This document shows positions 41,187 through 54,618 of a DNA stretch of 64,000 nt, piece by piece (position 1 is the stretch's first letter; every line of letters begins with the position of its first letter). The notes under the pieces are model-generated. The model saw nothing but the letters and a program-made list of their open reading frames with translations, did no database searches and was not told the DNA's origin. Source of the DNA: the human T2T-CHM13v2.0 reference genome, Homo sapiens; the NCBI RefSeq assembly GCF_009914755.1, contig NC_060930.1; one strand, 5' to 3'. Both the position numbers and the translations under genes were made by a program.

Positions 41187-42638
41187 GACATTTTCACATT
41201 GACCAGGTTTATGTGACTGATCACATTCCGTTTGAGAGCTATAATTCTTATTGGCGTGTAACATATGTTGTATATTTCAATAGATTCATTGCTCACCACC
41301 TGTTTCCTTAGGTCTACAGTCTCCCTTTTCCTCCTCCCCACTCCCTTCCTCGCTCCCTCCTTTCCTCCCTCTGTCCCTTCCTTCCTTCTTCCCTTTCCTT
41401 GGCTATATGTTTGCATAATTGCTCAGCCATTCTTTGCATCTAACATATGCTTGGGTAGCTCTCCCCAGACATTCTGTCTGCTCTGAGTTAGAGTAATTTG
41501 ACATGACTCCTTCGAGGCCAAGCTGTTTTTCTCTATGAGCAGTCTGAAGACTGTTTCCCTTTCTGTTGGCTTAGGGGATTGCAAAGATAAAAGGAAAGAA
41601 TTCAGTCACTCTGATTTGATATATTTGTTGGTCTATCTGGACTTTCTTTCATGAAAGGAAATTTTGTTAAGTGTCCAGTACTAGGACCAGCTCTGTCTTG
41701 CCCAAGGGCAGACCCCATTCCCATGGGGAAACTGGAGGGTTCAGATCTCTTCCCTGATGCAACTACTTAGTCCTCACAGGGGATTCCCCAGCTCCTTGGT
41801 CAGAAGAGGAGTGAAAGAAAGCTCTCCTCTGAGCTTGGCCCTCAGGGTTTGGAGGGTCACCAGTAGGGCTTCTGGAGATGGGGAGCAGACTGCTGAAGAC
41901 CCTGCTGTGCTGGGCTGGGACTCGGGCCCCGCTCCAGAATCTAATGCTTCTTTCCTTGGCTACTGATTTTTGAAATGTACTTTTTGTGGTTACGCTCTTC
42001 TACTTTGTTGTTGTTGGGAAATTCCTTATGACTGGAATTTTAGAATGCTTGAGCTGGAAGGTAGCTTAGAATCAATCTGATCCTATGTTATGTATGACAC
42101 AGGAACCATGGAACTGGAGCCCAGAAACGCTCGGCCTTCCTTCAAGGAGAGGGTGAGGTGATGGGATTTATGAATGGTGCCCAGAGTGGAAGCATGGACC
42201 CTGCAGTGGGACTGCAGACCACGCGGCACCGTGCAGTGTGCTTGTGAGTCTGAGCCAGGCAAGTCTATTACATTTCATCAGATAAACACAGTTGTCAGAG
42301 CTAGCTGGGGATGCCACAGGCAGTGTCTGAAGCAGGGTCTGGAATCAGTTGGCGGCTTCAGCCTTTACCCTGAGATGATTCTATTTGTGTGAACTGTTTT
42401 CTTTATCCCAATAGGGCAGTCTTCATATTAACCCATTTCTCCATTAGTTTAACCTTCTCACTCTTCCCGTATATGCCATTTGGGGGAGGAATGTTTTTAA
42501 AACCTAATAAGGTGAGTGCCATGAGAGCCCTACTGTCATCAATATTTACCATGATTTATTCATCACAACAAACCTTCTGAGCCCACAGCCTGCTGCTCTC
42601 ATCCTTGTGTTATCCTTACACAGCCTGGTAATACAGCG

Positions 42639-43018
42639 TGTATTAGTCTTTTCTCGCACTGCAGTAAAGAAGTACCTGAGACTGGCCATTTATTTTAAAA
42701 AAGAGGTTTAATTGGCTCACAGTTCCAAAGTCTATTCAGGAAGCATGGCTGGGGAGGCCTCAGGAAACTTACAATCATGGCAGGAGGCGAAGAGGAAGCA
42801 GGCACATCTTCCATGGCTGGAGCAGGAAAAACGGGCTGGCGAGGTGCCACACACTTTTAAACAACCAGATCTTGTGAGAAGTTGCTCACTATCACAAGAA
42901 CGGCAAGGGGGAAATCCGTCCCCATGATCCAATCGTCTCCCACCAGGCCCCTCCTCCAACACTGGGGATTACAATTTGACTGGAGATTTGGGCGGGGACA
43001 CAGATCCAAACCATATCA
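42639..43018 (-). mobile_element. MSTA-like solo LTR
   Basis: TGTATTAGTC...GGCCTCAGGAAACTTACAATCATGGC...CCAAACCATATCA; TSD CAGCG/CAGCA. Confidence 0.9.
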
Positions 43019-44689
43019 CAGCATAAGGGTGTTTATCCTCTTCTTTGGTTCATACATGGGGAGTATAGAAGCACAAAAGAGGCCTATTGCTTACCAAAAG
43101 ACACTCGACAACTGAACAACTCAACAGCCCAACCCAGGAATCATCTTGAGGCACCAAGAGTCCCAAGCATGTCACTTCCCTCTGCAGACTGTGCAGCCCC
43201 TCCAGCAGGCTCGTCACAGCTCATCCAAAGCTAGGAAGTAGGGCCTCTCAGTCAGAGAATGGAGCTATTCAGTATTGTCGTTTGGATGCTTATGGATTTA
43301 ACATGCGTTTCCACTGACAGGATAGCAGTTACTCTTGTTTACAGTGTTTTCCAAGGAAAAAGCTTTATGACTTAAAACTCAAGTGTTTTTCTACTTGATG
43401 TCATTGCGGCCACTTCTTGCGCCCAGCCTTAGAGGAATTGCTGGATGCAGAAGCGCTGCTGTGTGCACCACACTGTGAGCTCACGCAGAGCAGAGACTTT
43501 TCTTGTTATGTTTCCCAGCCCCTGTCATTCTACCTAGAATATACTAGGTGCTCAACACATATTTGTTGAACTGACTGGATCAGTTCATTCATATTCAAAG
43601 GATAATAGTTGGATAGCACTGAACATATTCCAAACAGATTTCAAAGCCAATTCCAAAAGGAGGTTGTTTTAACAAGGGAAATGAGATAAATGAATACTGA
43701 TTGTGATAAAGGCTTAACACAATCAAGGTTTGCCTTGCAATTACATCATAGTCCAGTGAGGGGCCAGGGTGGCCCTCCTCCAACAGCGATCCGGGTCTGG
43801 GCTGCTGCTGTCAGGGCACCACCCACAGGTGGTCGTCTGTGAGGTCCTCCTCGGAGTGAAATACAGATTATGAAAGTTCTAACTTCAGCTGAAAGTCTCT
43901 TGTGTCTTATACAAAAAATGCTAGATTTACCATGCAAATGTTGATTTTAAAATGACTATATTTATACTAGGTCTGGGAAGCCGAATTAAAAAGTGTCAGT
44001 GCATTCCAAACTGCCTTTATCAAGTCATTTCATTCTTTAAAAAATTTGTCACATAGCTAGACATCGAGCATGACAATGTGTGGAATGTAGAAAGCATTAC
44101 CCAATGAAGTTAAGGCTCTATCTGGACAAACACATAGTTTTTTGATGAGTAAAAGGTGAGAGTCTCAGCTGGGATGAGTTAAGATTCCCACAGGAGCCTT
44201 GGGGATGGATTCTAACTGGGATCTTACTGGGTCCTGATGTGATTGGGAAGCCCCCAAAGGTGAGGACGCCAGGAAAGAACTAAAGGACCAGCAGGATTTT
44301 CTGGACAGAGCAGGCTGGGAAGGGTTTAGAAGTGGAACCCCTGTAGAGAGAATGGCATGGGGAAAGGCCTGAGGCAGAGATCATGGCAAATCCTGAGATC
44401 TGAAAGGTGGTTTATTATGGCCGGACCATGCAGGCGGAGGAGGTTGCTGGCAGAGACAGTAAGAGGTGCCTGCCAGATCCATTGGAAGGAACGTAAGCCA
44501 AGTGCTGGGACTTTACCCTCCCTCTGCAATGCCCTACCCTGTTCACTAGAGTCACATTCCTCCCTTCCTCCTCAGACTCTGTCTTGGGTCCTAACCTAGC
44601 TCTTGACCTTCTGTCTGGCACAAACGTGATCAATCATCCCAGGCAGATGTTAGCAGAGAGATACACTAACACATCTCTCCGGTGTTCAG

Positions 44690-44920
44690 AAAAAGACAAG
44701 CTGCCAAATATTTGCCACACATATACCTGATGAAGGATTAGCAACGAAAGGACATAAAGAATTGCTACCAGCCAATATGAAATAACTCAACAGAAAAGTT
44801 AGAGAAAGCATGGGACAAGCATTCAGAGAAGTGAGACCATGAGTGGCCAATAACACATGAAAAGATGCTCACCCCATTAGTAACCAGGAAAATGCACAGT
44901 AAACTACAAGATTCAGGGTG
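44690..44920 (+). mobile_element. Old L1M ORF2 fragment
   Basis: GGCCAATAACACATGAAAAGATGCTCACCCCATTAGTAACCAGGAAAATGCA. Confidence 0.7.
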
Positions 44921-45219
44921 TTCTCTCCTCCTAGGCTATTTGCATGTTTATTAAGGGATGTTGAAGGCCAAGAGGCCTTTCTGATCCAAGGGAATGGCAT
45001 TCGTATAGTGACATTTCTTGTCTTGTGTCAAGCTAGTACAGAAGATATTTTGGGCAGGATGTCCCTTACTTTTCAAATCTCATCAAGCGAGAGACACTAC
45101 CTCCTTTTATGGTTAAGGAGGCAAAGGCTGCATGCTTGGCTAAACTAAGCACTTCATTCAGCTTAATCCTGGTCTCCACATAACAATTAATGCAAGGGTC
45201 CCTGGAGGCAGCATCCTAA

Positions 45220-45690
45220 AGCTGTCACCGTTGTGCGGTTCCAGCCTAGTTTCAGCCTCAGCTCATGCAGCCTCTTCTGATTTCTCCTCACCTGCCTCTT
45301 GCACCCCATACTTCAGTCACAGAAAACCACGTAAGCCCTCTGAACACGCCACAAAGCTTTAAGCGTCTAAACTTTAGCATATTCTCCCTGCTCTGCTTGG
45401 AATGCCCCTTCCAGCTCATCCCCTGGAAAACTACTCTTCCTTAAGACTCAACTACTATATTATCTCTTGACTCATTCTTTTCCTGATTCACCTAGGCAGT
45501 ACTAGTGGGTCCCCTCCTCTGTGCTCCTATTCCACATAGAACAAAATTCTCTTCTATTATAGCATTCATCCCGTTGTATTGTAACTGTTATGTGGTTTGT
45601 TCTCTCTCCTGACTCTCAGCTGTGAACCCCTGAGGGTGGGAATTGCATCAAGGCAGCCTGATCTTTGAGGAGTGAATGAGTGAATATCCT
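45220..45690 (+). mobile_element. L2
   Basis: CTCTGCTTGGAATGCCCCTTCC...TTAAGACTCAACT...GAATGAGTGAA. Confidence 0.6.
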
Positions 45691-46974
45691 CTGACATGAA
45701 AGTGAGCATCCGCAGATTCTCTGAATATTTTCAGGATGGTCAGATAATCAGTGAGGCAATGGGTGTCCAGGAAAAGCTTTGATTCCATTGCACAGTTAGG
45801 TCCACAACCTCTTGTCTTTCATTAACTGTGCACATTTATTCCCCACCAGTGAAGTCACAGAGATTAAGTGAAATTTTGCAGAAAAGAAAACAGCACAGAA
45901 GTGTTTGCAGCATGAGCTTCTCATTTTTACCTTTCAGGTCTCTTAGAAAGTTCTTTTACTTAAGGCACAGATTTTGGCATTGGAGAAGAGTGTTCATGTC
46001 TCTCTTACATCCTATGACATCTATAATTAAATTATAGATCCTGAACCATAGTTATTACATTTCTGAGAGAAGGAGGCAGATGGCCTTTGGTCTCACACCT
46101 GGGTTACAGGCAAAGGCATCCCCGATACTCATATTCCTACCTCTCTTCACTTTGGTGTCAGTTTCTAATGCTGGTTGTGGAGAAAGGGACAACCCACAAC
46201 CAATAATGTGATGCTCCCTGCAAAGCTGCCCCTAACTCCACTGAGCATTGAGACAATCAAGATTCTCATCAGAGAGTGTTGTCCAGCAGCAGAACATTCT
46301 CCAGTGGTGGTGGTCACATTATGCAGCCGTTCTTTCAAATTCCAAGGGTATGTATAGGAGGCATGGGTGATCACTGCTGCTTGGAAATGGGGCTTCAACA
46401 ACTAATGGAAAGCAGCAGACAACTGAGATTTAAGCAAGCGCTGAGAGCCTCAAGAGTGGGCAGGGCCCATGGCCAAGGTGCTATGCTGATGGGCCCCGTC
46501 CAAGAGCAAGTGGCCCCAAGAGCATCTGAGAACAGATGCACTTTTGGAAACCTCTGGCAGTGAAAGTCCTGGGTCCAAAGCCACTTTATACAAGTCTTTT
46601 GTTGTTCACTGCACAACTCTAGGGGGCACCACTCACTTTGCTATCTGGGGAACAGTGTTTCTGGGGTCATACAGTGCAAAGCCTGCAGAACCATGCAGCT
46701 TTGGACTTTTAGCGTGTCTAACTTCATCAAGGTGGACAATCTTCACCCTGCCAGCAGGACAAATTGCATTTTGATGGGGGCATATAGGCCAGACTTCTCC
46801 ACACTTGGAACCAAGTGCTCAAGGAGGCAGGTGGTGAGCCCAGCAAGATCAGGCAGAGGCCTCCTGTCCTCTGGGCAGCCCAGCAAAAGCTCTGCTCCCC
46901 AGGGCCAGTCAAATGGGAGGGTGGTGATGGAGAGAATAGTCTCTGAATTAGAGACCCAAATTTGAATTCTTCCC

Positions 46975-47310
46975 CATGTGTTGCAGCAACAGACACCACT
47001 GCTCCCGTGTTTTACCACTTCAGTCCCCCTGTGACTACAGCCGAAGATGTGGCCATCTTGTGCCTCAAGAGTGTCCTGCAGGCCTTTTTGCTTTCTGCCC
47101 TGAAGAGGTAACGCCAGGCTGAAAGCTAGTGCAGACGTGTTCTCCTTTAGTTGCACAATTCTGGGGACGTCATGCATCTCATACAACCTTATGTTGACAT
47201 CCCCTGTTTTCCTGTCCCTCATGCTTCCTGGGATCAACTCCCAAGTTACCTGCTTGTACCCAAGTCTGTCTCAGGCGCTGCTTTGGATGGAGCCCAGACT
47301 CAGAATGTTA
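46975..47310 (+). mobile_element. LTR16-family LTR fragment
   Basis: TGCTTCCTGGGATCAACTCCCAAG...CTTGTACCCAAGTCTGTCTCAGG. Confidence 0.55.
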
Positions 47311-48367
47311 CCTCACTTGCCTGCACCTCAGTTTTCTCACCCGTGTTATGGGGGCATATGCATGGCTCACAGGTACTTTGCAGAATCCCTATGACATGGC
47401 CAACTGAGGTAATGCCTGGAAAACATCTTGCACAGGTGCGGCCATGGCAAATGCTCCACCCATGCCATCTACCACTGTTTTACTAGGAGGGCTCCAGCTG
47501 CCTGCCAAGGGGAGCATGCAGCCTTCCCTGCCACCTGACATTGCTACTCTCATGTTACACTTCTAGCACCTTTCATATTTTGATTAGCTGAGACCATTCC
47601 TAGGGAAAAACCCACTGCAAAAATAGACAGATAGCAAAATAAATAAAAACAACAACAACAAAACAAAAACAACAAAAAACCCCCAAAACACAAGCAACCT
47701 TATGGGTACTAGCTGGCACTTCAAAACTAACATTCCCCATCTCCCACAAATACACAAGAACCAACTGTAGCCTGTGTCTGCTATAAGTGGGTGATACACC
47801 GTCCTTTCAACTTGGAAAAACCTCTTCCTGAACTTAATAGTAACAGAATTGCATCTCATTCTTGTGCTTTTTGCCCACAGAGATCAAACAGGGACTTCAC
47901 GATCTTTGCCTCAACAGGTCCTTGTTTCACCCCACCCTGAGCAGGTGTGTGAGAAATGGGAGTGAGAATGCCACTGTTTGCCCCCTCTGCCTGTGACATT
48001 CTTGAGCTTATTTGCTAAACAATTCCTTCTAGCCCATGCCCCCGTCACTGTGCTGCTGAAGAGGGCTGCTCACACCATGAAACAAAACTTTCCAAGGGCA
48101 GGATTCCCCGGGGGAATTTGGATATCAACCCTGGTTTCAACATGCACATTCCTGTACGTTCCATGGGCAGAGGTGGACATGCAGCTCCTGGTGCAGGGAC
48201 TCGCCCAGCTTTGAGCTGTGAGTAAGCGTCCGGGCGCTGAGGTCCACTGCTCTTAACCCCCACTCAGCTGTGGGTTCACCCCGGTCTCCCCAGGCCTCCA
48301 TGAGCCCCTAGCTAAGGGACTTGCCTTTAGTCTGTGGGCCTGGTGACAGCGAGACAGGTCAGGCTCT

Positions 48368-48459
48368 ATTTTTGTTTGAATTTTTTTAAAGGTGAATTAA
48401 ACCTTGCCTGGGGACCATGTAAGGTTGAATTCACCTTCAAAAAATTTTCAAACAAAAAT
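48368..48459. repeat. Imperfect inverted repeat (~45-bp arms, 3-nt centre)
   Basis: 48368-48411 against the reverse complement of 48415-48459: 39 of 45 columns match. Confidence 0.9.
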
Positions 48460-48733
48460 TTTGCAGTTAGATTTCCAGGTAAGGGGATTCTCAGTGCCAT
48501 TCTGGAGGCTGAAAGGGTTAATTAACGCCAAGTAGCTGAGAGATTTACTACCGAGGATCTTAGGGAGGGGATAGTTGCTAAGATTATCTAGATAATGCAC
48601 ACACAAGAAATCCCGAGGTAGGGGAATGAGTTAACTGGGCAAGGCCTCCTTTCCCACAGTGGAGCCCAGGCTGAGAAACATTTTTTCTCATTTTGGAGTC
48701 AGACGTTTTTGTGCTGGTGGGTGGAGTAGAGTG

Positions 48734-48972
48734 GGGGAGTGTCAAACTTTTCACATAAAGGGATGGATAGTAATTCTTTTAGGCTTCCTGGACCAGATGG
48801 TCTCTGTCACAATAGCAGAACTCTGCAGTCGGAGCAGGAAAGCAACCATAGACCATACGTGAGCCAATGGGCATGGCTGTGTGCCAATAAAACTTTATTT
48901 ACAAAAACAGACTGTGGGCCGGATTTGGATGATGAGAGACCAAACTACAGAGGCCTATAGTTTGTTGATCTT
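48734..48972 (+). mobile_element. MER58A (hAT-Charlie)
   Basis: GGCTGTGTGCCAATAAAACTTTATTTACAAAAACAG. Confidence 0.85.
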
Positions 48973-48992
48973 AGATTTAGACTGTGACTTAT

Positions 48993-49629
48993 ATAGTCCT
49001 GTGCTGCATAATGATGTTTTGGTCAACAATGGACTGCATATAGGACAGTTGTCTCATAAGATTAAACATTGCACTTTTTTTTTCTTTTTGAGAGGGAGTT
49101 TCACTCTTGTTGCCCAGGCTGGAGTGCAATGTATAATCTCAGCTCACTGCAACCTCTGCCTCCTGGGTTCAAGTGATTCTTCTGCCTCAGCCTCCCAAGT
49201 AGCTGGGAATACAGGCACGCGCCACCATGCCCAGCCAATTTTGTATTTTTAGTGGAGATGGGGTTTCTCCACGTTGGTCAGGCTGGTCTTGAACTCCTGA
49301 CCTCAGGTAATCTGCCCCCCCGGCCACCCAAAGTGCTGGGATTATAGGTGTGAGCCACCACACCCGGCCTTAAAACTGCACTTTTATTGTATCTTTTCTT
49401 TGTTTGGATACACAAATATTTACCATTGTGTCACAATTGCCTACAGTATTCAGTAGTGACCTGCTGTTCAGGTTTGTATTCTAGGAGCACTAGGTTGTAC
49501 AATACAGCCTAGGTGTGTAATAGGTTCTACCACCTAGGCGTGAGTAAGTTCACTCTATAATGTTCACACGACAAAATTGCCTCATGACACATGTTTTAGA
49601 AGGTGTCCCCTTTGTTAAGTACATGACTG
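48993..49629 (+). mobile_element. Tigger3a-like DNA transposon split by an Alu
   Basis: GCATAATGATGTTTTGGTCAACAATGGACTGCATATA...CATGACTG. Confidence 0.85.
49075..49369 (-). mobile_element. Alu (AluSp-like)
   Basis: Reverse dimer; GTTTCTCCACGTTGGTCAGG. Confidence 0.95.
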
Positions 49630-49934
49630 CACTCCTTCAGAAAGTTTTGAGTCTTGATACACAGCACATATTCTTAATAGGTAGTTTGCTCTCTAGGATG
49701 AGATACACAGGAATGTCATCAAAACCAAACACCCTCTCAGAAGGGCTGCAGCTCCATGGAGCTTGGATCATCGTCTTCCACTGAGCGGGGGTTATTCCAG
49801 CATTCATCATTTCCCGTGCACAACAGGCTCCCAGGTTCCTCTTCTGTTTGCCTCTGCTAGGAAATAATTCAAAGATGCTTTTCTCAGCTGGTAAGCATTC
49901 TTATTTTTCTAAATGTTATCATTTATCTTGGTGC

Positions 49935-50640
49935 AAGACTGCCTGAGTTCAAATTCTGGCTCTGCCATTTATTAGCGGTGTAGCCTTCCTTTGGAATTTT
50001 GCATAACCTCTCCCTTTTTCCATTTCCTCCTCTGTAAAAAGGAAAAAAATTAACAACACTTCCCCTGCGGGGGTGTAATGAGAATGAGTGAGTGGATCCA
50101 GGTGGCTGGCGCTCGGTGGTGTCTTCTGCTCACTCAATGTACATCCTTAAGGCAGGCTCCGTCTGTCTGGTTTATCACTGTATCCTCAATGCCAGGAACA
50201 ACATGGTGGGGGCCACAGAGTGACTATTGGTGAACGCAGTGTCTTCTGTTGATGTGGCCACTGTCTCCATCCTCAGCCTCACCACTTTCCCCTCCTCTGC
50301 TTCCCTCCAAGTCTCCGCTTGGCCTCTTGGCCTTCTCTGTCCCTCACTGCCTGTACTCCAGGCATCCTCGCTGCCCTAAGACTGTCAATCCTAAAGAAAC
50401 TTCCGTCTAGCTGAGCTAAGAAGACAAATACACATTATAATAATATACTCATTAACATGTCAAGAGCACTCCACAGTTTGCCAGATCCTTTATTTGATTT
50501 AATGTTCACAACATCCAAGTGAAGCAGGGAATTATCCCTACTTTATAGGGCTGAAGCGAAGACAGGAATGAAAATGGAACTGAGCACTCGTGGTGTACTG
50601 GACGCTGTGCGTGGCACTTAAATGAGAGTAAGCTCTTTTA
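49935..50640. mobile_element. MIR and L2 fragments
   Basis: GTTCAAATTCTGGCTCTGCCATTTATTAGC; CACTGTATCCTCAATGCCAGGAACA. Confidence 0.55.
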
Positions 50641-50671
50641 CACATATCACCTTACTGAATCTTCCCAAGGG

Positions 50672-52100
50672 TCATTCATTCTTTCAACAGATTTTCGGTG
50701 AGCACCTATTATGCTCTGAGCACTGTTATATTAATCAGGATTCTCCAGAACCTGGAGAACCCTGGGTTATCCAGACCAATAGGATAGATAGATAGGAAGA
50801 GAGATGAAAGAGGAGACTTATTATGGGAATTGGCTCAGGCAGTTATGGAGGCTGAGAAGTCCCTTGATCTACTGTCTGTAAGCTAGAGAACTGGGGACGT
50901 TTGTGGTATAAGTCAGTTAATAATTAGATAATAAATCAGTTAATAATAAGCCCTGGAGTCTGAAGGCCTGAACCAGAAGTACTGATGTCTGAGGACAAGA
51001 GAAGATGGATGTCTCAGCTCAAGCAGAGAGAAAGAGAATTAGCTCCTTCTGCCTTTTGGTTCTATCTGGGCATCCACCAGGTAGGGCGTCTATCTATGAC
51101 ACCCACCGATGTTGTTGAGGATGCACCTTCTTTACTCCGTGTATTGATTCAAATGCTGATCTCTTCTGGAATCACCCTCACAGGCACACCCAGAAACAGT
51201 GTTTTGCCAGCTATCTGGGCATCTCTTAGCCCAGTCAAGTGGACACTAAGATGAACAATTGTGCTAGGTGTTGGAGGTAAAATGGTGAATAAAACAGGCA
51301 CGATCCTCCCTTTATGAAGCTTCTAGTCAGGTACAGTGGAGGACACAGATAAATGAAAGGCTGTCACACCACCACCTGAAAAGCCTGGGATGGGGTGGTG
51401 CGAGGCCAGACGAGCACAGAGAAGGACTTTTTACACTAGAGTTGAGAGGTCATGGAGGAGGTAGCAACAGAGCTGTGGCTGGAAGGAAGAGGGAGAGTGA
51501 GCCAGGTTGTCCAGGGAGGACAGCTGGAGAGGAGAAAGGGGACCATCTGAGTGAAGAGGACGAATTTGAGAGACAGAAAAGAAGTGCCGAGGCCTGATCA
51601 ACACTGATTCGATTGCACCGAATCCTCAGGCAACTGGTGAGGGATGAACTGGGCAGAGAAGAGAGGGCTTGCAGGGCCTGGGAAGCCACTGAACGGGTTT
51701 GAATTTCGTCCTAAGGGCGATGGAGAGAAGTGGCATCACTAGCTTTGCATGTGAAGAAAAATCCATCAACTTGTGCTGCAGAGACAGGACTGACAGGGCA
51801 GGGGGATGTCATCAGGGTGACTTGTGCGTCAGTTTAAGAGAGAGACGATGGTGGCCTGAGTGAGGCTGGTACCACCAGAGGTGGGGACAGAGACATGCGT
51901 TCTAGACTTACTTAGAAGCTAAAATACATGGGCACTAATAAGCCAATGTGAAAATCAGCTCTATTTTTAGATGAAGAATATGTGCATTTGAAATTGGTGA
52001 AGAGGCAGGAGTATGGCGGGGGCTAAACCTGGATTTAGGGTCAAATGGGCCCTGGGGAACCCAAGGTGGGGAGAGGGAGTGGTGACTGCAATGGAGAAAT
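50672..52100 (-). mobile_element. Long L2 split by an MLT2 LTR
   Basis: TCATTCATTCTTTCAACAG...GAGCACCTATTATG, resuming GTGCTAGGTGTTGGAGG after the LTR. Confidence 0.7.
50727..51262 (-). mobile_element. MLT2-family LTR
   Basis: GAATTGGCTCA...ATGGAGGCTGAGAAGTCCC...GCCCAGTCAAGTGGACAC. Confidence 0.85.
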
Positions 52101-52906
52101 GAAGTCAGACCTCTTGGTGAGAGGAGGCAGCCAGCTGGGGATGGGTGGCGCAGAAAAACGGGCAAATGGCCAGTCTCCCCTGTTAGGGAGGGGAAGGGGC
52201 CTCTGAGGAAGCCAAGCACATGTCTTGTGGTCAAGTTCTCCTAGAAAGGGTGGTTGCTTGACAAAGATTTTCTCATCAGTGCCTTCATTTAAGTCTATGG
52301 GGACAGTTTCTGGCTGTTTGGGGACACATCTTAGATTTTATAAGGGAAGCCAGTGGGAGAATCAGATTCGCGTGATCAAACATTATGCTGCAATCAGTTG
52401 GATTGGTGCATCTCTGCAAGGAAAGAATTGTAGAGTCTTAAGAATCCTCAGAGGCCATCTGCCTCCGTTTGCACTCAGGGCATCCTCCTGCACCTCTACT
52501 ACATGCTCTAAAGCCCAGGGGAAGGAAGGCTAATGATTGTTGTAATGCAAGAGTTTCAATCCTCGAGTTAGGCTCTGGCCTCTTGGGCAAAATAAAGTCA
52601 GCTGGGAGCCTGGGGGAGCTGGCCGGCCTGGGGGAGCTCGGTGTGTGTCTTGGTGCCGGTAGAGTGGGCATGTGTCAGCATTGCACCCTTCCTCACCTCC
52701 TTTGCAAAGCTAGAAACATTTGCATTTGACAGGTCCTGGGGCACTGGACCCCACTGCACAAAACTCCAAAGGAGGCCGTCGAATGTGCATGCATATAATT
52801 CCTTCTGTTCTGTGACCAGAAGCCTCGATGAGGTACCTGTCTCAGGGCACACCTGGCCCCGCTGCAGCCCCTAGGGGTTGCTACCCACTGCTTGACAACA
52901 CCTTCC

Positions 52907-53312
52907 TTTTTAAAAAAAATTAATTGACAAATAAAGCTTGTATATATTTACGGTGTACAATGTGATGTTTTGACATATGGTATACATTGTGCACTGGCTA
53001 AATCAATCAAACTGATTAACATATGCATTACCTTATGTATTTACCATTTTTTGGTGATAAGAACACTTAAAATCTACTCTCTTGGCAGTTTTCAAGTGCA
53101 CAATGTATTGTTATTCACTATAGATCAGTTGTATGTAGGTCTCCTGAACTTATGCCTCCTGTCTAACTGAAACTTCACATGCTTTGAGCAACATCTCTTC
53201 ACTCCCTCCTTCCCCCAGGCCCTGGTGACTGCCCTTCTTCGATTCTCTGCCTCTATGAGTTTGACTTTTTTAGATTCCACATGTAAGTTAAATCGTGCAG
53301 TATTTGGCTTTT
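52907..53312 (-). mobile_element. L1MA8-like 3'UTR
   Basis: TAATTGACAAATAAA...AACACTTAAAATCTACTCTCTT...TTAGATTCCACATGTAAG. Confidence 0.85.
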
Positions 53313-53712
53313 TAAAAATGTGGCTGTCACATTGCTTTTCTACAGGAACTGTTTGTTTACTCTTCAAGGAAAACATCAAGCAGAGTGGAAGGCAGTTTTG
53401 TTTTGCCACATCCATTCTCTTTTCTCCACGAAGTTCTCCTGCACAGGGGTTAGGTTCCAGGGAAGAAGCTCTGCCCTGGGAGCCAGGTAGGCTTCACCGT
53501 GGCCAGGAGCCATGGGATCCCTTCAGCGAGGGGCCGTTGAGAGCAGAACGGGAGCCATCACTGCTCCTCCTGGTTCTCAGGGAGAGACAGAGAAAGCCCA
53601 GGTGTGCTGTGGTGTCTGACCTTCCACTGCTCTGCCTCCTGTCCCTCAGCCCTCTTGTCACCACTGACAGACAAACAACAGAGCTTCCAGAGCCAGCCAG
53701 GGACTTTCCTAT

Positions 53713-54618
53713 TGTACTAGCTTTCTAGGGCTGCCCTAAAAAGCACCATGGACTGGAGGCTTAGACACAGAAACCAGGATGCACCTTCAACACCTGGCTT
53801 AGAAATCTCCTCAGTTAAACATCCAAGTTCATCACATACAATGTCTGCTTTCCACAGGACAGAACATAGTTCAGCCAAGTCCTCTGTCACTTCATAACCA
53901 GGATCACCTTTCCTTCAATTTCTAGTAGCATGTTTCTCATTTCCGAAGGAGACCTCACCAGAAGAACTGTACATCCATATTTCTAGCATCATTCTCTTCA
54001 TGGTGTTTAGATGTTCTCTAAGAGGAGGGAAACTTTCTCTGCAGCTCTCCTCTTTTCTGTCCGAGCCCTCACCAGAACTGCCTATAATGTCCATATTTCT
54101 ACCAACAATTTCTTCAAGGCAATCTGGGCTTTTCTAATTTGCACACCAAAACTCTTCCAGCTTTCACTCATTACCCACTTCCAAAGCCACTTCCACACTT
54201 TTAGGTATTTTTTATAGCAGCACTCCACAGCATGGTAGCAAAATATGTGTTAGTCTGCTAGGGATGCCATAACAAATACCACAGAATAGGTGGCTTATGC
54301 AATAGAATTGTATTTTCTTACAGTGCTGGAAGCTGAAAGTCCGAGATCAGGGCATCAGCAGGGTTGGCTCCCTTCAAGGCCGCTCTCCTCGGCTTGCAAA
54401 TGCTGTCTTCTCCCTGTCTTCATGTGGTCATCTGTCTGTGTGCATTTTTGCCCCAATCTCCTCTTCTTAGGAGGACACCAGTCATATTGGATTAAGCCCC
54501 ATCCTAATGACCTCATTTTACCCCTAAAGGACCTATCCCCCAATACAGTCTCATTCTGAGGTACTAAGGATGAGGGCTTCAACATATGAATTTTGGGGAC
54601 ACAATTCAACCTGTGATA
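53713..54618 (-). mobile_element. Internally deleted MLT1A-type MaLR: 3' LTR stub (53713-53775), internal sequence (~53780-54245), 5' LTR (54246-54618)
   Basis: Two LTR termini (TGTACTAG.../TGTGTTAGTC...); internal sequence homologous to 700-1000. Confidence 0.75.

Noticed and set aside
43560-43600. Possible tail-to-tail L2 junction with an 8-bp stem (miR-28/151-type origin)
   Set aside because: The stem is too short and the second L2 is too degraded to support a hairpin RNA.
53950-54120. Internal direct repeat CCTCACCAGAA...CCATATTTCTA
   Set aside because: Probably intrinsic to the MaLR internal consensus.
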